The notes under the pieces are model-generated. The model was not told where the DNA came from and made no database searches. It saw only the letters and a program-made list of their open reading frames with translations. A DNA stretch of 64,000 nucleotides from a virus (taxonomy: Duplodnaviria > Caudoviricetes), in the IMG/VR virus record IMGVR_UViG_3300014968_000001, positions 1 through 64,000 of that record. One strand, given 5' to 3'. Shown piece by piece: positions 58,205 to 64,000 of the stretch. Each line of letters starts with the position of its first letter. The first letter of the stretch is position 1. The translations under genes were made by a program, and so were the position numbers.

Positions 58205-58455
58205 TGACTAAAGGACTCATGGGCAGAATCGGCAAAGGGTCGCACGGCTGGACAAGCCGCGATTACAATATTGATGTGCCATGTAAACGCATCACTTGCC
58301 CCGCCAACTCTGGCGTAAAGATGCCTTCAAGTTCATGCCTTATCTGCATGATGCCGTCTGCGATTAAGATTGGCGCAAACGGTATTTGTGAGACAGGGCA
58401 GAAGCTTATTGACGAGCAGCCGCCTGAAAAACCAAAGAAACCGGACGGAGACTGA
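58201..58455 (+). CDS. Small Cys-containing hypothetical protein
   Basis: PCKRITCP..CLIC..C; ATGA-coupled. Confidence 0.5.
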   Translation: MMTKGLMGRIGKGSHGWTSRDYNIDVPCKRITCPANSGVKMPSSSCLICMMPSAIKIGANGICETGQKLIDEQPPEKPKKPDGD

Positions 58456-58508
58456 CCTATGACCTCAAACCCCGAAACATCAGTGTGTGCTAATTGAAGG
58501 ATACCGTT

Positions 58509-58883
58509 ATGCCAAAACCCGGATGCCAGCAATCGAAATATCTCTCGCAAATCGAACCAACCGAGCAACAGATTGAGCGGTTTAAAACTCGCATCACGAA
58601 ACCAGACGGTGAATCGGGATGCCATATTTTCAGAGGCTCTTATGCTGGCCGCAAGGACATGAAATACGGGGTGTTCACTGTCCAGCATTTCCTTATTCGC
58701 GCCCACCGATTTGCTTATTGTGCTTTCAGGGGGAAGATTAAGGGCGGTCTTTTTGTTCTTCATACTTGCGACACGCCAATGTGCGTAAATCCATCGCATT
58801 TATTTCTTGGAACGGCGGCTGAAAACACAGCAGATATGTGCCGAAAAGGAAGAAGCACAAAAGGAAAAAGGAGGAAGCCATGA
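58509..58883 (+). CDS. HNH endonuclease (HNH_3 type)
   Basis: GCH..YG..RAHR..VLHTCDTPMCVNPSHLFLGT..N..DM. Confidence 0.9.
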   Translation: MPKPGCQQSKYLSQIEPTEQQIERFKTRITKPDGESGCHIFRGSYAGRKDMKYGVFTVQHFLIRAHRFAYCAFRGKIKGGLFVLHTCDTPMCVNPSHLFLGTAAENTADMCRKGRSTKGKRRKP

Positions 58884-59140
58884 GCGACCAGAGTAAGGGC
58901 GAAGATTTTCCGTCAAGCGTTATGGACTTGCATCAAGCGCGCTCTGTAATCGCTTCTCTATCACAGAAACTCGCCATAAAAGACCAACAACTCCAATCCC
59001 TAACGCGAAAGTTGGAAACGGCTAGGGAGGCTTTGAAACAAATAGAGCTGGGCTGTCCATCCAGCAATCCAGAAGTAATACACAAAAGAGCAACAATGCT
59101 TGCAACCAAAGCTCTCCGCGAGCTAGACGGAAAGGAATGA
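58880..59140 (+). CDS. Coiled-coil hypothetical protein
   Basis: LETAREALKQI..ATKAL. Confidence 0.6.
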   Translation: MSDQSKGEDFPSSVMDLHQARSVIASLSQKLAIKDQQLQSLTRKLETAREALKQIELGCPSSNPEVIHKRATMLATKALRELDGKE

Positions 59141-59143
59141 TTT

Positions 59144-59275
59144 ATGGATGGAATTGACATAATTTTAGTTTGTTGCGGTCTAATGGCGATGATTTTAGTT
59201 GTCGCCATAAACCAAGCCAAAAACGAAATCCTCGCCGCCATAAACCAAACCAAAAAGAAAGACTCTGACGAATGA
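59144..59275 (+). CDS. 43-aa membrane peptide
   Basis: MDGIDIILVCCGLMAMILVVAINQAKNEILAAINQTKK; internal 21-nt near-perfect repeat. Confidence 0.45.
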   Translation: MDGIDIILVCCGLMAMILVVAINQAKNEILAAINQTKKKDSDE

Positions 59276-59646
59276 AACCAGAACAAATGCATAGGGCAAT
59301 AGCATCTCATTGCGGCTGGAAAGATGTAACCTTGGTTACTGGTAAAGAAGATTGGTTTTGGATGTTCGGAACATTCAAGGACGAATGGATAGGTAAATTA
59401 GTTGGATGGAAAGACAGCGACTGCGCCGAAGAGATTCCCAACTATCCCGAATGCCTCAACGCCATGCACGAGGCGGAAAAATCTTTGAGTGACGACCAAT
59501 TGGTGAGTTACAGGCTAAGATTGTGCGACAATTCAGACGGGCCGAATGCACGCTACAGAACCGTCGAGGCGGCTATGTGTCACGCAACAGCAGATGAGCG
59601 CGCGGAGTCATTCGTCCACACGATTAAGAAATGGAGCGACGAATGA
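59272..59646 (+). CDS. Common phage hypothetical protein
   Basis: AIASHCGW..PNY..LNAMHEAEK..ATADERAE. Confidence 0.7.
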   Translation: MKPEQMHRAIASHCGWKDVTLVTGKEDWFWMFGTFKDEWIGKLVGWKDSDCAEEIPNYPECLNAMHEAEKSLSDDQLVSYRLRLCDNSDGPNARYRTVEAAMCHATADERAESFVHTIKKWSDE

Positions 59647-59710
59647 CTCTGATTTTCCTTCTCCTACTCGCGTGTGCGCCGTTGGGGGTGATGGCCGCTC
59701 AAAATGTTTT

Positions 59711-60058
59711 ATGAATATTACCACATATCAACTCCACATCCTGAGACATTCGCTTGGTCTGGACGATAACGGTCACGGCAATCAATACCGCAATTACTTT
59801 TGCTCTGGAAAGGATTGCGACGGGTTTGATGATTTGCTTGCGCTTTGTCGAATGAAACTTATGCGACCCCTAGGACATCAAGGGGCGAACGAATATTTTG
59901 CCGTCACGGATGAAGGAATAAAAGCCGCGCTGAAAGACGTTGTTTATCCGAAGCTAACGCGCTCGCAGATTCGCTATCAAAGATTCCTAAATGCAGACCT
60001 TGGAATATCATTTGGAGAGTTTCTAAAAACCTACGACCGATTAAAACCCACCCACTGA
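59711..60058 (+). CDS. Hypothetical protein
   Basis: ILRHSLGL..YRNYF..FAVTDEG..FGEFL. Confidence 0.65.
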   Translation: MNITTYQLHILRHSLGLDDNGHGNQYRNYFCSGKDCDGFDDLLALCRMKLMRPLGHQGANEYFAVTDEGIKAALKDVVYPKLTRSQIRYQRFLNADLGISFGEFLKTYDRLKPTH

Positions 60059-60067
60059 CACCAAAGG

Positions 60068-60580
60068 ATGATGAAAACTAAATTTCCATTTCCAACCGTC
60101 GAAGGACTTTTGAGCGAGAAGGACAAAGAGGCGTTGCGATCCTTGTCGGCGAAGTGCCGTCATCTTCCGGGGGTGTACGTCGAGATTGGCAGTTTCAAAG
60201 GGTTGAGTGCGTTGTGCATTTCCGAAGGGTTTGACCGGGTGCGGACTCTTTTCTGCTACGACTTCTTTGAACCGGAAAAAATGTCGGAGTTCATCCAAAA
60301 CACGGACGATGGCGAAATCGTCGTGGCTCCGGTCGAGGGAGATTTTAAAAAGACGTTCGCGCTGTCCACCGTCTGCTTTGCGTTCGTGGATCATTCTCAC
60401 ACGTTGGAGGATACGAAGGCAGCTTGGGAACTGCTTTGGCCGCGCATAGTGAAAGGCGGGTTGCTGGTGTTTCACGATTACCGGCATCCGATGTATTTGC
60501 CAGCGTCGGAGTTTCTGGATTCGTTGCCGGAGGAAAGCACGGCGCCGGAAGGAACGGGTTTGGTTTATTTTAAAAAATGA
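60068..60580 (+). CDS. Class I SAM methyltransferase (Methyltransf_24-like)
   Basis: VEIGSFKGLS, FVDHSH, GGLLVFHDY. Confidence 0.85.
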   Translation: MMKTKFPFPTVEGLLSEKDKEALRSLSAKCRHLPGVYVEIGSFKGLSALCISEGFDRVRTLFCYDFFEPEKMSEFIQNTDDGEIVVAPVEGDFKKTFALSTVCFAFVDHSHTLEDTKAAWELLWPRIVKGGLLVFHDYRHPMYLPASEFLDSLPEESTAPEGTGLVYFKK

Positions 60581-60903
60581 TTGGCTTCCTCAAAGCAGCA
60601 TTCGTGGCGATCCGGTTCGGCGACCAGCGCTGGTGGCGCGCCAAAGGGTTTGCCCTGTTGCTGTGGCGCTCCGTGTTCGCTGGTCGGGCCGACGTTGAAA
60701 CGCGGAAACGGCGCATGGCGTTTTGCCGTCAGTGCCCGATATTCTATAAGCCGTTGCAGACCTGCGGAAGTCCGTTGACCGCGGATAAAGACCTTGGCTG
60801 CTACTGTTACCAGCCATTCAAAGCAAGGTTGCGCGCGGCCCGGTGCTGGTTGTATGATGAAACCGCTGGCCGAATGGGTTGGCCGAAAGATTTAAATGGC
60901 TGA
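60577..60903 (+). CDS. Small Cys-rich protein (DUF6171-like)
   Basis: RRMAFCRQC..TC..GC.C...K...C. Confidence 0.6.
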   Translation: MIGFLKAAFVAIRFGDQRWWRAKGFALLLWRSVFAGRADVETRKRRMAFCRQCPIFYKPLQTCGSPLTADKDLGCYCYQPFKARLRAARCWLYDETAGRMGWPKDLNG

Positions 60904-61393
60904 TGACCCGAAACTTATTGAGATGGAAAAGAAAGCCGATGCCTTGATCGAAAAGCTCGGCTCGGATATGCCCATTGAACAGGCCATCGCCGAGTTGAAC
61001 CTGGCGGGGTTGGAAGTCGAGAAGATGGCGGCGATGAAGGTGTTCGCCGATTACATGGAGACAACCGGGGTGGAACGGCCACTGATGACCTTCGGGCTGC
61101 ACACCATCCACGCGCAGCAAGAGGCGATGAAAGATGCTTTGGCGGCGTCCAAGGTGTGCGCGGACCCGAAAGAAAAGGCGAGTTTGCTCAATGTGGTGAT
61201 TCAGGCGGCGAAGGTGTTTCCGGATTTGAGCGATCAGATTACCGAGTTGCAGGAGCAGGTTCGCAAGAAGGAAAAGAGGCCGACTGTCGGTAAAAACGCT
61301 CCGCCGAATGTCATGCAGGTGGTGATAAACACCGACAGGGCACAGGTGCAATCAGCGAAGGCCGCAATTGAGAACGATGCCAATGATGAGTAG
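60896..61393 (+). CDS. Helical hypothetical protein (terminase small subunit is possible)
   Basis: Helical body with C-terminal VMQVVIN strand; no decisive motif. Confidence 0.4.
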   Translation: MADDPKLIEMEKKADALIEKLGSDMPIEQAIAELNLAGLEVEKMAAMKVFADYMETTGVERPLMTFGLHTIHAQQEAMKDALAASKVCADPKEKASLLNVVIQAAKVFPDLSDQITELQEQVRKKEKRPTVGKNAPPNVMQVVINTDRAQVQSAKAAIENDANDE

Positions 61394-61476
61394 GTAACAG
61401 TTCAGATCAATCGGTTGACAGCGAAACAGGGGAGTCGGGTTACAATCCAATATTGGGTCAGGTATGCTGATGGCGC

Positions 61477-61860
61477 ATGGCTGAGTCAATCGTCGATTCC
61501 TTTGGCAATTATACGCCGTTACCCAACGGCTCGCTCGTTCCTGGCGTTTCCGCCGTGGCTGGCGGGGATGTGCTGTACGGAGCGGGCAATCCCAATACCC
61601 TCGGCGTCATTGCCACGCCTGGGACGCTGTTTTTCAATACGGCAGACAGCACTATTTGGACGACCACGAACGGAACGACTTGGACACAGTTTACAGGTGG
61701 CGGGTCTGGAACTCTTACGACTTTGAGCGGTACAGGAAGTCCGGAAGGTGCGGTTGTTGGCTCGCCCGGATGGACATTCACCCAGACCGATACCGGCTCT
61801 TTCTGGGTTAAGAAAACTGGTACAGCCACGAATACGGGATGGATCGAAATAGTGGCCTGA
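61477..61860 (+). CDS. Small fibre/decoration protein with two GxGxP repeats
   Basis: YGAGNP..PGTLFFNT..W and SGTGSPEG..PGWTFTQT..WVKKTG..TGW. Confidence 0.7.
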   Translation: MAESIVDSFGNYTPLPNGSLVPGVSAVAGGDVLYGAGNPNTLGVIATPGTLFFNTADSTIWTTTNGTTWTQFTGGGSGTLTTLSGTGSPEGAVVGSPGWTFTQTDTGSFWVKKTGTATNTGWIEIVA

Positions 61861-61864
61861 TTTT

Positions 61865-63811
61865 ATGAAGAAATTACTTACGGGCATTTTTTTGCTCTGC
61901 TCACTAACGCTGTTTGCTCAACCGCCAGTCCTTCGCACGCGGTGGACAACTAACACGGACGGGGCAGCAATTGACGCGGGGACTGTTACGAATGTGGGCG
62001 CGCTGAAGCCCGGACTCACAATTACGAACCCTGTTGTTTCTGGAACAATTACTGGGAATGGGTCGGGGCTTACAAATATTCCCGTCGCTTCGGTTGCCAC
62101 TTATCCAACGTACGAAATGTTCAACAATCGTTTTATTCGCGCCACGACCCCGCCGGCTGGCACGGTCTATTACGGTGGCAACATCACCAACAACCCGTAC
62201 TATTCTTTCAACGGTTCGATGTTCATCGAGACTTCGCCGGATGGTCTGAACTGGACGGGTGTAACACCGAATGGCGCGCCGGTTTACTCGAACACCACGG
62301 GCATCCACGATTCCACGCTTTTTCATAATCCTGTCGATGGATTTTGGTATGCATTCTGCACTCATCAACCGGCAGACTTTTCCGTTCCCGCGAACGACTT
62401 TCTGGTGCTTCGGACAACTAACCAAGTTCCAAATGCCGGGTGGGTTCAATGGGCAACGCCGGCGATGACCAATGACGGCACGTCGGTAATATGGGTGCCG
62501 CGCCCTCTCCGATACAACGGGACGAACTACGTTTATTTTTCCATCGGGCCGACCATCACGCCGCGCTTTTTGTGGATCACTACCTGCAATTCCAACTTCA
62601 CGACATTTTCCACGCCATCACTTTTCGTTACCAACGAAAGTACTTCGGCGGCAAATGCCGTGAACGATCCCTTCTTTTTGGGGACGACCAACGGAAGCAA
62701 TTATCTGATTGCTCAGGAGCTTGGTGGAAATAACCACTACGACCTCTACGGCGCGCCGACCAACACTTTTCCGACTCAACTTCACCTCGTTACTACCAAC
62801 GTGGTGCAGTTTAACTGCGAGGCGGGGGGCGTTTGCCAAGTGCAACCTGGACTGTATCAATTCTACGGGTGCAGCCTTGATTCGCTTGGTGAGCCGGTAA
62901 CAGCGTATTCGACCAGCTTCCTTGGCCCATGGAGTACGGCTATATTTGCCACCAACGAATACCCTTTTGTGACATTCCCCCACGGGTCAAGCGTGCAGGC
63001 GTTTAATCCGGTTCACGTTATTCCAGACAATACGCTTTCAACGAACGTGCCATTGCTGAATGCAAACAACAATGTATTTGGGCCAATTATTACCACATTA
63101 TCCGCGTCAGGATTTGGGCCAAACTTCCGACTGACTACGGGCGGTGCCGGACACGACTATTACCTTGGGTCAGCGCTAGGCAGCGACACCATAGGGGTGG
63201 GCAAGCTGTTCATATACGACAACACTTACTCTCGGTTCGTTACCAAGTGGGACACGAACGGCAATATCGTTAACCTTGGAGGATATACGGCGACCACTGG
63301 AGACTTGGTGGCATCCGCGGGCGGTCTGACAATTTCAGGAAACGCAACCATGGGGGCGAACGCGAACACATTCGCGGCTGCTTCTGGTTTTGGACCGAAC
63401 TTCCGATTGACCACAGATGGTGGTGGCCACTCTTATTACATTGGAACTGCGGGTGCGAGCGATGGTTTTGGCCTGGGAAGGTTTTTCATCTACGATGCCA
63501 CGGCGAGTAGGGTTGTCCTTCAAATAACCACGAATACTGCCGGTCCAGTTCTTATCGAAAGTGGGTTATCCACCCAAAACACCAACCAATTCGCCGTCGC
63601 AGCAACCGGATGGACGAACACGAACGCATTCAACTGCGTCATGTATATCACTGCGGCTACAGCGGCCACATTCACTTATAGCGATGGAACGAACACCATT
63701 TTCACCGATACTGGATTGACGTTCACAACGGCGGAATCTTTCATTATGCACCCGTCGTATAAAGTCGTGGTATCGAGTGGAACAATTACCGGGGTTGCCA
63801 TTGTTCAATAA
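61865..63811 (+). CDS. Signal-peptide-bearing fibre-like protein with GH43-like beta-propeller
   Basis: MKKLLTGIFLLCSLTLFA; ITGNGSGLTN; GIHDS, WVP..YNG..YVYFS, VNDP, CEAG; duplicated SGFGPNFRLTT repeat. Confidence 0.75.
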   Translation: MKKLLTGIFLLCSLTLFAQPPVLRTRWTTNTDGAAIDAGTVTNVGALKPGLTITNPVVSGTITGNGSGLTNIPVASVATYPTYEMFNNRFIRATTPPAGTVYYGGNITNNPYYSFNGSMFIETSPDGLNWTGVTPNGAPVYSNTTGIHDSTLFHNPVDGFWYAFCTHQPADFSVPANDFLVLRTTNQVPNAGWVQWATPAMTNDGTSVIWVPRPLRYNGTNYVYFSIGPTITPRFLWITTCNSNFTTFSTPSLFVTNESTSAANAVNDPFFLGTTNGSNYLIAQELGGNNHYDLYGAPTNTFPTQLHLVTTNVVQFNCEAGGVCQVQPGLYQFYGCSLDSLGEPVTAYSTSFLGPWSTAIFATNEYPFVTFPHGSSVQAFNPVHVIPDNTLSTNVPLLNANNNVFGPIITTLSASGFGPNFRLTTGGAGHDYYLGSALGSDTIGVGKLFIYDNTYSRFVTKWDTNGNIVNLGGYTATTGDLVASAGGLTISGNATMGANANTFAAASGFGPNFRLTTDGGGHSYYIGTAGASDGFGLGRFFIYDATASRVVLQITTNTAGPVLIESGLSTQNTNQFAVAATGWTNTNAFNCVMYITAATAATFTYSDGTNTIFTDTGLTFTTAESFIMHPSYKVVVSSGTITGVAIVQ

Positions 63812-63816
63812 ATGAG

Positions 63817-64000
63817 ATGGCCTACAACGAATCAGAATTGCAGCAGCAGATGGCGACGTTGGCAGTTTACGTCAAGTCCCTGGTTCGCACGCCCGTCCTG
63901 CTCGTGGTCGAGGACAACGAAGATGACCTGTTGTTTTTCAACCGGCAATTGAATGAGTTAGACCAGAAGTTTCAAGTGGTGTCCACGTTGAGTGGTGAAC
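63817..64000 (+). CDS. Response-regulator receiver-domain protein (partial, runs off window)
   Basis: VLLVVEDNEDDLLFFNRQL...SGE. Confidence 0.75.
   Translation, partial: MAYNESELQQQMATLAVYVKSLVRTPVLLVVEDNEDDLLFFNRQLNELDQKFQVVSTLSGE

Noticed and set aside
58459-58497. 12-codon ORF MTSNPETSVCAN before the HNH gene (possible disrupted gene)
   Set aside because: Too short, and no continuation could be identified downstream.
59203-59256. 21-nt near-perfect direct repeat
   Set aside because: Only two copies, in frame inside a small ORF (AINQAK/AINQTK); a local duplication, not CRISPR or DGR.
46859-60580. DNA hypermodification cluster
   Set aside because: No hydroxymethylase, nucleotide kinase, dNTPase or preQ0 genes are visible and the GT types resemble glycan enzymes; not fully excluded because the genome is incomplete.
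61415-61446. TTGACA...TACAAT promoter
   Set aside because: The spacer is 20 bp, outside the normal range.
1-64000. CRISPR array, integrase, transposase, reverse transcriptase/DGR, recoded stop codons
   Set aside because: No regular repeat-spacer array or diagnostic motifs seen; genes are full length under the standard code.

Overview
The whole window is bacteriophage DNA. It shows standard genetic code, tight ATGA/TAATG gene overlaps, and no host housekeeping genes, integrase or CRISPR array. The morphogenesis genes fit a short-tailed podovirus: TerL, portal, scaffold, major capsid, head-tail adaptor, nozzle and three internal/ejection proteins including a 2889-aa giant, with no tape measure or tail tube. 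Layout: 1-13.6 kb is a mostly minus-strand replication/recombination module (DnaB-N/AAA_25 helicase, RusA-like nuclease, C5 DNA methyltransferase, SF2 helicase, SMC-like ATPase, ssDNA-annealing protein, PD-(D/E)XK exonuclease, HerA-like ATPase). 13.7-25.1 kb holds the ejection proteins; 25.1-28.9 kb a tRNA-like RNA plus small genes; 28.8-33.4 kb (minus) nozzle, a ppGalNAc-T-like glycosyltransferase and TerL; 33.5-45.9 kb the head and tail-appendage genes; 45.9-60.9 kb small genes interleaved with a large glycosyltransferase/methyltransferase/ATP-grasp cluster; 61.4-64 kb fibre-like proteins and a partial response regulator. The best candidate for a new system is a phage-encoded virion O-glycosylation pathway: a ppGalNAc-T-like enzyme inside the morphogenesis operon, a Thr/Pro-rich linker plus DUF5977-type module on the capsid, and about 9 GT domains, 4 small-molecule methyltransferases and a PurD-like ligase. 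Other notable signals are two 5' leaders with the same kissing-loop architecture, a 119-nt tRNA-like RNA with an expanded middle, and a signal-peptide-bearing GH43-like fibre. The host is tentatively Verrucomicrobiota (inference). All family assignments come from motifs recognised by eye; no database search was run.
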